This document shows positions 31,174 to 45,611 of a stretch of DNA of 64,000 nt, piece by piece. This DNA comes from Candidatus Bathyarchaeota archaeon (lineage in GTDB: Archaea > Thermoproteota > Bathyarchaeia > Bathyarchaeales > Bathycorpusculaceae), in the NCBI GenBank assembly GCA_963811105.1, contig CAWEPZ010000002.1, forward strand, positions 480,001 through 544,000. The letters are read 5' to 3'. Under the pieces are notes generated by a model. That model had not been told where the DNA came from, made no database searches, and worked only from the letters and a program-made list of their open reading frames with translations. The position numbers and the translations under genes were made by a program. The stretch's first letter is position 1, and each line of letters begins with the position of its first letter.

Positions 31174-32190
31174 TTAGGAACTGCTGAAAAATCTCTCAAG
31201 TTTCATATTAGAGTCTTTCTTAGCTTTTTGTTTGCTCTTCGGATATTTCCTTTGTATCTCAGAAATTCCTTGACTGAATCCATCGAAGACATCCAAACAT
31301 TGCGATTCTCCCTTCACGAAGTCAATCATGCAGCTTGGGTTTTTCCCATGCCATTCCTTCTTCCAACAATCCCATACGTTGGTATAATCGCCTTCTTTTG
31401 TAACAAGAATTATGTCGTAAAAGTAGGTCTCATTTCCTAACCGAATATTTTCAACATAAGCTTTGATTGGGTAGAGAGAATTTTGGTTCTTTATGCGTTC
31501 ATAAGTTTTTTTCAAGTTATCCATGTAGATTTCTAGTGATTCTCTTCTAGAGAATTTAGCTAAACGCCAAGATTCATCTCCAAAAAACTCGGTTAGCTTT
31601 CCGTAAGACTTTTGATCTCTAGCTACTCTTTCGAACATAGAGGTTGGGTAGTTTATAATGATGTCAGCTTTTGCATTTAGTATAGTTTCTATACTTTTCC
31701 AATCTACATTAAATCCTTCATTGTCAATGAAAACTAAATTATGATGCGGATAGTTATCGAAAATTTGACCAACTACCTCATTGCTGTTTTCTTGTAATAC
31801 CTCACATTTATCTCCAAAAACTTTAGTTCTCTCTTTAAGAGAGTTGAATTTAGCTGTATCATGCTCAACCAAAACATAATTGTCAAAAGGAAATTTCTGA
31901 GCGAATGTCTCAACAACAAAGACTGAACCTTTTACTAATTTACCTCGAGCCTCTTCAATTTGGGTTATCCCTGCACCTGCTAGCAGGTCTACAAATCTGT
32001 AATTAGTGAAATATGTCTTAATGATTGTAGAATAGACATCAGACCATTGACCAAGTAAAATAAGCTTAATAATTGACCAAGAATGACCTTTGTTATAGGA
32101 TTCGCTTTCCTTTTTATCATCATCAACTATTAAACTTCTTACTTTCCTAGCTAACAGTTCTGATTCACGTTTTGTGCTCATTCCTATCAC
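31174..32190 (-). CDS. tcmP: three-Cys-motif partner protein TcmP (methyltransferase-like)
   Basis: HSWSIIKL, FVDLLAGAG, KGS, LVFIDNEG, IIINYP, FFGDESW. Lies directly downstream of DUF5131. Confidence 0.8.
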   Translation of the reverse strand: MIGMSTKRESELLARKVRSLIVDDDKKESESYNKGHSWSIIKLILLGQWSDVYSTIIKTYFTNYRFVDLLAGAGITQIEEARGKLVKGSVFVVETFAQKFPFDNYVLVEHDTAKFNSLKERTKVFGDKCEVLQENSNEVVGQIFDNYPHHNLVFIDNEGFNVDWKSIETILNAKADIIINYPTSMFERVARDQKSYGKLTEFFGDESWRLAKFSRRESLEIYMDNLKKTYERIKNQNSLYPIKAYVENIRLGNETYFYDIILVTKEGDYTNVWDCWKKEWHGKNPSCMIDFVKGESQCLDVFDGFSQGISEIQRKYPKSKQKAKKDSNMKLERFFSSS

Positions 32191-32204
32191 CTAAGTGAAG
32201 CTGA

Positions 32205-33083
32205 TTACTCAAACCAAGCAGTTCTAATGCTCTTCTTTATTACTAGAGAGCTTTCAGGAAGTTTCTGTATCAGATTCATGGTGTCCTGTAACGTAGGTTC
32301 TCTTAGCTTATGACAATAGTTGTCATAACCCACGTACACGATAAAAGGGTTAATATCATGAATCCACTTAACGAAAATGGTTACGTCAAAATCTAAGATT
32401 GGTTCTATAGACACTATTTTTCTTTTCCAATCAAGTGATTTCATAGCTTCATATCTTTCACTAGGTAAAGGAGCTATTGATATTTTGTCAGTTTGGACAA
32501 TTTCATCATTAGTAGTTTCAATAGTTGCTCCTAGTATAGTGTTCATAGGAATAAATGGCAGAAGCTCAAGGTATCTCTTAGGGTTCTTAGTCATAAATAG
32601 AAAGTCGGCTTCAGGAAATTGTCTAATGTGGTTTAGAACTTGCTTTATCCAATTGTCAGGAATAAAATCAGCGAACATATCGCCCATATCTGAAACGAAA
32701 ATAAGGTCTCCCTTAACAAACTTTGAAGAGAATTCTTTTTCGTTTAAGTTTGGTTTAAAACCTTTAGTGTATCTCTGAGTATTCTTTAGTTTGGTTGTGG
32801 CTAATTCTCTTGCCCAACAGTAATTACAGTTGTATAAACATCCGCTAATCGGGTTCAAGTGGCAGTAACGATATTGAACATTTTTCCCTTAGTTTTCTTG
32901 CTTAGGCTGCTCTCAATCATATTCTTGACTAAAGTCAGATTACGGTTTTTTGCACTAAAGAAACATACTCTTCTTCAGTAATTGATGCAAATTCTCGACT
33001 GGATTTAGGGATGACCAATACCTCTTCAGCGTATTTAGTGATTGTATAGGCATTTAGTTTTTACTCTTATGCTTTCTTGCCAT
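32205..33083 (-). CDS. DUF5131 (phage Gp37/Gp68-like radical-SAM-fold) protein; two apparent 1-nt deletions near the 5' end
   Basis: MFNIVTAT[W]NPISGCLYNCNYCWA, FVSDMGDMF, FMTKNP, GATIE, VSIEPIL. TGG>TG near 32857 and a short A-run near 32948 break the frame. Confidence 0.8.
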
Positions 33084-33202
33084 TGGTTAATTACCCGTGG
33101 GATTTTCCTAAAGGAGAATTACTCGTGTGACATAAAACCTCAATTTGTTAAGTTTATAATAGAATAGCCCTAATACAGCATGAATAAGAAGTGAAATAGA
33201 AA

Positions 33203-34060
33203 GTGCCTTCTTTGCCACCGAAATATTGGTATAAAGTTAAACCAACTATACGTTTCTTAAAAGAAGCTTTTCAAACACTAAACAGAAAAGAAATGGAAGC
33301 AGGTATTGGCAAAATCATAGACCGAAAAGAAATAGATCCTTTCATGATAAATGAAGCAGGTCAATTCTTAAGACTTTCAATAATAAATTTGTTGGCTTAC
33401 AAACACTTAGTCTGTGGAAACTACCTTGCTTGGGGACGTGTTACAATCTATTATAGTCAGTTCTATCTAGCCAGTTGTCTTCTTAGGTTGAGAGGATTTG
33501 CTCTAACTCATTTAGATTTTGTGGATGATGGTAGTTCTTTAGTAATAAGTTTTGAAAAACTCAGGGACAAACCTCACTATTTTATCAATACTTGTAAAAG
33601 CAGTGGTCATGAGATGGTTTGGACCAATTTTGCAAAGTTTTATCCAGAACTAGGTTATGAAGATTTAGGGAAATATTTCATTAAAGAAAGGAATGATTGG
33701 AACTATGACTTATTTTTTGCTTCCCAAACTACAAATGATTATGCTGTAAAGGAAGCAAAAAAAAGATGTGAAAATAATTTTCTTGATCCAAACTTCGGTC
33801 AATTTGACAATCCTGAAGCTCAAGAATATTTTCATGATCTCATCACAGGAATTGGTTTAGAAGAAGCTGGAACTGGCGAATATCAGAAATATGCAATTAA
33901 ATGCCTAACTGAAGTAGGAAAAAATTCTAAAAACAAAATATGGTATAACGGTCTGTTGGTTGATATTCTTCAAGACATAGAAGTAATACAATCCTCTAAA
34001 GATACAAAAGAAGAGGTCTCTAAATGGCTATTTGATGCCAAAGCAGAGATGGACAAGTGA
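33203..34060 (+). CDS. HEPN-like hypothetical protein
   Basis: GNYLAW..VTIYYSQFYLASCLL, SGHE and ERNDWNYD resemble the HEPN YYSxFxxAxxLL / Rx4Y signature. Confidence 0.55.
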   Translation: MPSLPPKYWYKVKPTIRFLKEAFQTLNRKEMEAGIGKIIDRKEIDPFMINEAGQFLRLSIINLLAYKHLVCGNYLAWGRVTIYYSQFYLASCLLRLRGFALTHLDFVDDGSSLVISFEKLRDKPHYFINTCKSSGHEMVWTNFAKFYPELGYEDLGKYFIKERNDWNYDLFFASQTTNDYAVKEAKKRCENNFLDPNFGQFDNPEAQEYFHDLITGIGLEEAGTGEYQKYAIKCLTEVGKNSKNKIWYNGLLVDILQDIEVIQSSKDTKEEVSKWLFDAKAEMDK

Positions 34061-34501
34061 AGAAATTAAATTGTTGATTGCATCTCGCTACATGCTTTTG
34101 CTAAAGATATAACTCGGTGATGGTCTGCTTTGAGAATTTTTATTGTTCGTTGATTTTCGTTAATTCTTCAATATTCTCCTTTTCTAACTACTTTGATCAT
34201 TGAGAACAAATTCTTTCTCTCTTGAGTAAGCCATAATCATATCTCAATATCTCTGATGGCAAAACTCAATCTTTTCTTCCAATAAACCTGATGGAACTAG
34301 AGTGTCCACAGTGTCAGTTATTCTGAAGAATATGGTCCATAATGATGTGGTTCGAACTCAAAATTGAAATCAATTTTCTCTTCAATTCAAAATACAGATG
34401 TCTTTTAGAATTCTATTAGAAGATTGACATCATCATCATAGAAACCAAAAAAAGAAATCAGTAATTCAATATCCTTTCTTTAATCAATTTTTATTTCTCC
34501 T

Positions 34502-34807
34502 TCAACTATTTTCTTCATTATCTTTCATTCTCTTACAATCAATGTTTTTTATAATTGTCGGTTTGACATAGACTTTCAAGATGTTCTTGGCTTTAATTAC
34601 ACTAACAATATCTGACTTGTCACGTAGGAGAATTTCTTGCTCATTTGTGTTCTGGTTGCTTAAGTATATCTCACGAGGAGTCTTGCTTTTTATAATGTCA
34701 CAAATTGCTAATACTTTTCGATCTTTAATTCCTCTGCCAGCTTTAACGTGATTTTTCAGACAATTCATCAAGGTTTCCTCTAAATTAGCTAAAAAATCTG
34801 GAGTCAT
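34502..34807 (-). CDS. hypothetical protein (frame stays open further upstream)
   Basis: ORF track only; no recognisable motif. Confidence 0.4.
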   Translation of the reverse strand: MTPDFLANLEETLMNCLKNHVKAGRGIKDRKVLAICDIIKSKTPREIYLSNQNTNEQEILLRDKSDIVSVIKAKNILKVYVKPTIIKNIDCKRMKDNEENS

Positions 34808-35176
34808 TTTATAATTTTTCTCATTAAGTTCTCTTTCTAATTTGGTAAGATATAATTTTCTTGCATTTTCAAGTGCTAAGAGATCTACTACTTTTTGCTC
34901 ATTTTTTCTAATTGAAACATGTTCGTATTTGTGTAAATGAAGTCTAATTGAAACATTTCTTTTATTTTGGATTGATAGAAAGCAAGAAAATTTTCAAGCA
35001 TTTTTTCAGATATTCTAGATTACAAAAAGTAACTAAATCGTATATGCTTTTATAGATTACAATGAATAATTCAACATAAAAAGACAAGTTAGTTAAATCT
35101 AACTTAATATGCAAGTAGAGAGATTATTTCTACACTATTAAACATATGATTTAAGAAGTGATTCAAGTCAAAACTG

Positions 35177-39695
<4,519 letters not shown>

Positions 39696-40027
39696 CCATG
39701 CTTTAACTACTGAGTACTTAAGCGATAAATTGGATATGTGCAGACTAAGCTTAAAATGCTGACTTTCAGAGTTAGAGGCGACTCTTGTTTTGATAGCTCT
39801 CTACGATAAAAACGCTGGATACGATAAAATAATCGGCTAGTCTTTGAAAGATGACTTTATTGAATTAATCTAGAGTATTTGAGACTTACTACTAACCTTG
39901 CTGGAGACTAAAGAACTAATTCTGTCTGAGGAGTTGGCTAAAGAGTTGGAAGAGATGCTCTAACACTATTAGATTCTCTATACTATAGGTATAACTTTTG
40001 CTTGACTATGTAACGATGTAACTATTC

Positions 40028-41021
40028 TTGAGATTTTTTGGAAATTTTGGAAGGGATTTAGGAAATCCAGAAAGAAGATTTACAGATAATCCATTTGAGA
40101 TAATCTTATTTATCGAAGAATGTACTATATACAAAAAGCCTGCTTTTATTAGCGTTCAACCAGAAAAAGACAAAGCAAAGCTATTGGGAATTGAAAAACT
40201 CTTCTTTGACTTTGATTATGGCTAGAATAGCGATATTATACCAGAAAAGGAAATTGAAAAACGGTAAACAGAACTAAAAGATGAAGTAAAATTTTTTCTT
40301 AGGCACTCTACATCTAAACTAAAACCTCTCGCGATTAGAACAGGAGAGGATATCTGTGCTTTTTCTTCGATGACGTATACCAGATTAATCGAGAATTGGA
40401 GTTTTGGAAAAGAGTCTATAAACAGCTTCAATTACGTTTCATTCAAGGTCAGAACTATAGATACATGGATTCCGCAGTTATTGGAGATATAAACCGTTTA
40501 TGTCGTATTCCTCTGTCTATTCATGAAAAATCTGGTGAAGAATGCATAATTGTAAACAATCAATTAGAGCAAGACAAAGTAAGAAGCATTGAATATCATA
40601 GGCTCTATGGGCTAAAGCAGATGGATATTAAACTTGCAATTAATAACGTAAGAAATCTGGAGAATTTCATCGAGAAAGAAGCAACAAGCTATCCAATAAG
40701 GCATCAAGCGTAAACGGCACTAACGGAATCAGACCGTGTTTTAAGAAAGCCATGGATACTGGTGAAATGTGCCATACTCAACGGTTAGCCCTACTTCTCG
40801 AAGCTTATTGCGCAGGGCATACAGAGCCTAATAGCTTGGTAGATATTTTCAGGTGCTTTAATGATTTTGATGAGAACAAGACACGTTACCAAGTAGACTA
40901 CTTTTTCAAAAATACAGTTGCCAAAGGTAATGTTAGACCATATAGATGTGGAAAGATAGCTGAGAAAGATTGGTGTTTGGAGGAAAGTTGTCCTTTACTT
41001 AAAAAACAAGTAAAAGTGTAG
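40028..41021 (+). pseudogene. archaeo-eukaryotic primase, PriS catalytic domain fused to a PriL-like C-terminal domain (fragmented)
   Basis: IEKLFFDFD (DxD), RTG-G region, DSAVIGDINRLCRIPLSIHEKSG; then IRPCF..HTQRLAL..FNDFDENKTRYQV..YRC..WC...CP. Confidence 0.7.
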
Positions 41022-41126
41022 CTCACGGTTTTTCGAATTCAGAAAGAGTAAAATGAAGTATAAATAGAGACCTTCTCGTGACATTGTGTGTCTATCCTAT
41101 TATCTTTTTTGAAAGCAATAACAGAG

Positions 41127-42049
41127 TGTTCTATCTAGAAAATGGGCTACACTTTGTCTTTGAGGTATATTTCTGCTGGCGTTAAATAGTTTATTCCTTC
41201 GTGTGGTCTTGTGTAGTTGTAGTAGCGTATGAAACTCCAGTGCTCATTGAACAGGTGAGATTCACTTCTGGTATGCTTTATGGAAAGCTTCAATTTTGCC
41301 ACAGGTTGTAGGCCTGCGAACACTTGCAGTGATATGCTCAATACCCAGCTCAGATGCAGTGTATATCAAACGCTGAGATTTCTCCTCTTGCAGGCTTAAA
41401 CTGTGTTCCCTGATCCGTAAGAATCTGCTTTGGAACACCATACCGTTTAACAGCTCTATCAAGAAGCAACATAGCATTTTCTCCGGTTGGACTCTAAATC
41501 TTAACTGAACCAGTAATGAACCTTGAATGGTCATCTTGGTAACTAATCATCCAATAATCATCATTGCAGAGCTTAAAATCCGCTTGCCAAAGGCTGTTGT
41601 AATGTTCTCTTTGGAAACGCTTAGTTCCCCAAGTCTTTCTAGGATGAAGTTATAGGGTGGTTTAAGCCAGCTTCACAGATGATGCGGTAAACTTGGTTAT
41701 GGTCTATCGATGCAGCCTTTAAGTTTAAGGCAACCGGCGATCTTTCTTAGGTCCCCATTCATAGCGCTTGCGTAGTTTGATTACTTTATTTTTGATAAAA
41801 TCGTCTGGTTCATAACCAGTTGGACGACCTTTAGGTTTCTCTTCTAGACCCTTCCAACCTTGGGTTTGGTAACGGTTCCACCAGCGGTAAAACATCTTCC
41901 TGTCAATTTGAGCTTCGGAGCAGATGTCAGTAACTGATCTACCTTCCAGCTTTCGTTTGATGATCCATTTTCTAAGCTTTTCCCAATCTCGATCCAAACA
42001 AGCACTCCCCCGATTTTGGAAGAGTGTAGCCTATTTAAAAGATAGAACA
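41127..42049 (-). mobile_element. IS481-like insertion sequence (923 bp) with frameshifted DDE transposase
   Basis: 27-bp terminal IRs TGTTCTATCTagaAAATgGGCTACACT / TGTTCTATCTtttAAATaGGCTACACT. 15-bp duplication aaagcaataacagag at 41112-41126 and 42050-42064. HTH (FYRWWNRY), NSLWQADFK, RPTTCGKIE, YNYTRPH. Confidence 0.9.
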
Positions 42050-42100
42050 AAAGCAATAACAGAGGGCAAAAAGCGCATTGAGCAAAAAGACAATCTTGAA

Positions 42101-42520
42101 CTATTGTGTTCTTTCCAAGAATTTAATAGCAGATTCGCAGACGGTTTTTATATCGTTAGCTTCTTCTAACGGCGGTTCAATTCTCCATAATCTTGATTCA
42201 TGTGCTACATCATTTCGTTTACCTTGAAGTTCTCTTAATTTTTCAAATTCACCATCATTTAACAATTTGAAATTTCTGCAATTTCTTAAGGAAGCATCGA
42301 AGCTAAGATCTTTGAAAACAAGAGCTATCTTTTTCCAATTTTCTTCTGTTTGTTGGTTCCTATTTTCTGTTACCCAATTAATGAGTAAAGTCTTCAGCCG
42401 AATTCCTGCATAAATGTGCGCAATCAGTAATGCAAGATGATACTCTTTGTTTTTAATAAACGAACGAATTCTTTTTCTTGCATATTGTGTTGTTTCTTCT
42501 CTTCCGCTTGAATCTCCCAA
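42101..42520 (-). CDS. HEPN-like protein (RxxxxH)
   Basis: Helical protein with LRELQGKRNDVAHE. Confidence 0.6.
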   Translation of the reverse strand: MGDSSGREETTQYARKRIRSFIKNKEYHLALLIAHIYAGIRLKTLLINWVTENRNQQTEENWKKIALVFKDLSFDASLRNCRNFKLLNDGEFEKLRELQGKRNDVAHESRLWRIEPPLEEANDIKTVCESAIKFLERTQ

Positions 42521-42747
42521 TTTTAATCGCCTTGAGCAGCTATTCCTGTATTAATATAAATAGTTAAGCACAGGGCAAAAAAGCGCAACCAAAAGGCAAG
42601 ACAGAAAAATCAAACAGGGTTATCTTGGAGCTAAAGAGTTAACGGTAGACCTTTTTAAGGGGTTGGGCGTACCTACCCACCATCTTATTATAAATACTTT
42701 TAAACAGAAAACATGTTACTATGCCTAGTACATAGGCTGAACTCTAA

Positions 42748-43551
42748 ATGCCCCACGTGGAACATGATGTTTTCAAGAGACCTGCAAATCAAGATATCAA
42801 AATTTGGCGATATATGGATTTCACGAAATTCGTTTCACTTATGGATAAGAAGACATTATTCTTCACAAAAGTTAGCCATTTAGAGGATAAATTTGAAGGC
42901 TCACTATCAAAAGTGATTATTGACCCAAAATTAATTGAGCAAATGGCTTTTGAAAGAAAGGTTGCGGTAGAAGTTGTTAAGAAAGAACTAGACTTTCTTC
43001 CGCTGAAAGCTCCCATACCAATTAAACTTCTTAGAGAACATACGTTTGTGAATTCGTGGCACATGAATGAGTATGAATCTGCGGCTATGTGGAAGTTATA
43101 TTTGAAGAGCGAAGATGGAATTGCCATTCAATCAACTTATCAAAAACTCGCTGACAGCTTCAAGAACTATGATGAAGGAGAAGTTTTCATTGGAGAAGTA
43201 AGTTACATAGACTATGAGAAAGACACTATGATTTGGGGAAATATTTTCTATCCCTTCATTAATAAAAGAAAGAGCTTTGAGCATGAAAGAGAATTGAGGG
43301 CTATAACACTCTATTTTCCTGAAGCTTTTCAGGTTATGAAAGAAGATGGGGTTCCAGAGCCAAAAGTTAGAGCTATAGTCTCCAAAAATGGACTAGATAT
43401 ACCGATTGATTTAGAGATGTTAGTAGAAACAATCTACATCTCTCCAACAGCTGAAAATTGGTTTGAGGAATTAGTAAGGTCTATTGTCAAAAAATATGAT
43501 TTCAATAAGACGGTTGTTAAGTCCTCTTTGGCAAATGACCCTATCTTTTAG
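42748..43551 (+). CDS. DUF2971 domain protein
   Basis: IWRYMDFTKF, DKFEG, VNSWHMNEYESAAMWKLY, KRKSFEHERELR, IYISP. Confidence 0.8.
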   Translation: MPHVEHDVFKRPANQDIKIWRYMDFTKFVSLMDKKTLFFTKVSHLEDKFEGSLSKVIIDPKLIEQMAFERKVAVEVVKKELDFLPLKAPIPIKLLREHTFVNSWHMNEYESAAMWKLYLKSEDGIAIQSTYQKLADSFKNYDEGEVFIGEVSYIDYEKDTMIWGNIFYPFINKRKSFEHERELRAITLYFPEAFQVMKEDGVPEPKVRAIVSKNGLDIPIDLEMLVETIYISPTAENWFEELVRSIVKKYDFNKTVVKSSLANDPIF

Positions 43552-43616
43552 ACTTGCTTTACACTTTATCTCAGGTTAGGTGTATGCCCTCAGTTAAAGG
43601 AAAAGGTAGAAGATAG

Positions 43617-43865
43617 TTAGTCTTGTTCTTCATCTAGCTCTTCGGGGAACAATATATCCGAAAAGTCACCATCTGTATCAATTCCCATAAGACCATCTCC
43701 CTGTGACGTTTCCGTGTTGTCTTCTTTTTCTTCAAAATATATATCGGTAGTTTCAGACGGTTTACTATTAAAGATTCCACAAAAAAACTTAACGCCAACT
43801 AATATGATTAGAATTAGAAAAGATATGAGAAAAAAGCCGATGATGAAGACTAAAAGGTCAATCAT
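43617..43865 (-). CDS. small membrane protein with acidic tail
   Basis: N-terminal TM helix, GGTGA RBS, lies directly downstream of intC. Confidence 0.6.
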   Translation of the reverse strand: MIDLLVFIIGFFLISFLILIILVGVKFFCGIFNSKPSETTDIYFEEKEDNTETSQGDGLMGIDTDGDFSDILFPEELDEEQD

Positions 43866-43873
43866 GCGTTCAC

Positions 43874-44786
43874 CTAATAGAGTGTTTTTGGCTTGTTTAG
43901 GCAGTATCCCCAATCCGTCTTGGTCACCAAACTGTAACCCTCAGAAAGATACTTTGTTAGTTCCGTTTTATCTCCAGCGTAGACCACATCAAATTCATTT
44001 GATTTAATCCATGATTTAACGATGTGAACATACTTCAAAGTGTTGTTGATATTACAATGCCTTGCAAATCTTTGCGTTTCCACTATGTCTTTTGTCTTAA
44101 AGTAATGCCAAGAAATAGCATAATGCCTGAAGGTGTGAAAATGAATTTTAAGGAAATCTTGGTTACCAGTTTCTTTAGCTAATCGTTGTCTGTAATCATC
44201 TATTGAATCGTTAATATTCTCTGGGTCTTTGATGTTCCAGAATATTCTCTCGCCATTCTTTTGAACTTGCAATAACAAAACGATTAGTTCATCACTTAAA
44301 CTGTAGGTAAAGGTTCTGTGTCCTTTGTTACCAATGATTGTTAATGTTTTGTTTTGTGCATTGAATTCTTTCCAAGTTAATCGCCATAATTCACCAGCAC
44401 TTGCACCTGTTTCAACAGCTATTTTGATTCTTGCTCTAACCATTAAACTACGTACTCTGTAGAGAAATTGCTTAACCATTTCAGGGTTAGGAACATACAT
44501 TTCTTTGTTATCATAGACTCTGAATCTGGTTTTCTCTATTTCTACGCCCAAAAATTCAGCATATTGATAAACCATGTCCAATGCATTCTTTTTGCTCTTG
44601 TCTACCCATTTACTACTTAGAATCTGCGTAACCATTTCATTAGGAGTGCCATGCAAAATATTGAAGTATCTAAGTTTGCGTTGTATCGTTGATTCTCTGT
44701 TTCCACGATGCAAAAGCCAAATTCCAAATTTTATTAAACAATCTACTTCGGGGGGTTGCTGAATAGTGCCGGGGGTGGGACTTGAA
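43874..44786 (-). CDS. intC: tyrosine recombinase catalytic part, beginning inside the tRNA-Leu 3' end
   Basis: SSPTPGT (att core), ETGASAGEL, KGH, IHFHTFRH, RHCNINNTLKY. Confidence 0.9.
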
Positions 44787-44885
44787 CCCACGAAGGCCTG
44801 CGCCAGAGGATCTTAAGTCCTCCTCCATATCTTAGGCAATCAAATTATCTGGCCGCCTATTTAGACCTGGCTCGGATACCCCGGC
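44767..44885 (-). tRNA. tRNA-Leu(TAA) with a ~34-nt D-arm intron (about 44827-44860)
   Basis: Acceptor GCCGGGG/CCCCGGC-A, anticodon arm GAGGA-CT-TAA-GA-TCCTC, long variable arm, T arm GTGGG-TTCAAGT-CCCAC. Removing the intron gives 85 nt. Confidence 0.93.
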
Positions 44886-45011
44886 ACCAGCACCGTAACT
44901 GATTACAGGGTATTGTTTAAGTTTTTTGCATGCAATTTACTTGGTTATATCTTTTCTTGTGGCTTAAAGGTGACAACATAACATTATATTCAACGCTGAG
45001 AGAGTAGTATT

Positions 45012-45155
45012 TGCCAGTTGAGGAACACGCTCTACGGTAACACTGAGCTGAACTTTAAGAGGCTGCTAAGCTTTTCTGAGATAATATCAAAGTGAGGTTT
45101 GTGTAAGTGCTTACAGGCAGACGGTGAATGCTGTGGGGTTTAGGCTTAACTGGCA
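45012..45155 (+). ncRNA. candidate structured non-coding RNA
   Basis: Terminal helix tgccagttgag/cttaactggca, inner ctctacggt/gctgtgggg, hairpin gtttg-tgtaa-gtgc-ttaca-..cagac. TATA-like ttatatt about 25 nt upstream. Confidence 0.35.
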
Positions 45156-45271
45156 GTTTAATATTTTTAAGAGTCAGCCTTTTGGATACCTCATAAACAC
45201 CGTTTTTCTTGAAATTCTGCTATGCTTATATGTACCGAATGGTGTATTCTGTTTTTGAGGCGATAAAAAAG

Positions 45272-45550
45272 ATGCCCGCTATAGAAGTCGGCAGAATATG
45301 CGTAAAACAAGTCGGAAGAGATAACGGCAAAAAATGCGTTGTAATAGACGTAATGGACAAAAGCTTTGTCTTAGTAACTGGCCCAAAAAAGATTACTGGA
45401 CTAAAACGTAGACGCGTCAACATTAATCATATCATGCCTCTCAAAGATAAAATCGACGTAAAACGTGGCGCTTCGGACGAAGAGGTCGCCCAAGCTTTAG
45501 AGGCAACAGGTAAAATGCAGGAAATGACGCAGACCGTTAAAACTCCGTAA
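45272..45550 (+). CDS. rpl14e: 50S ribosomal protein L14e
   Basis: [39 protein letters not shown]. Confidence 0.95.
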   Translation: MPAIEVGRICVKQVGRDNGKKCVVIDVMDKSFVLVTGPKKITGLKRRRVNINHIMPLKDKIDVKRGASDEEVAQALEATGKMQEMTQTVKTP

Positions 45551-45611
45551 TTTTAAACCTTAATTAACTCTTATTCTTTTTCTTTAAATAATCAGGAGAA
45601 AAAACCCGCAG

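Noticed and set aside
32850-32950. Programmed frameshifting in DUF5131
   Set aside because: Single-base deletions are frequent throughout this low-quality region, so sequencing error or decay is simpler.
45012-45155. RNase P RNA (GAGGAA ... GGCTTA)
   Set aside because: No P2/P3 before GAGGAA, no ACAGAA element, and P4 pairing is not evident.
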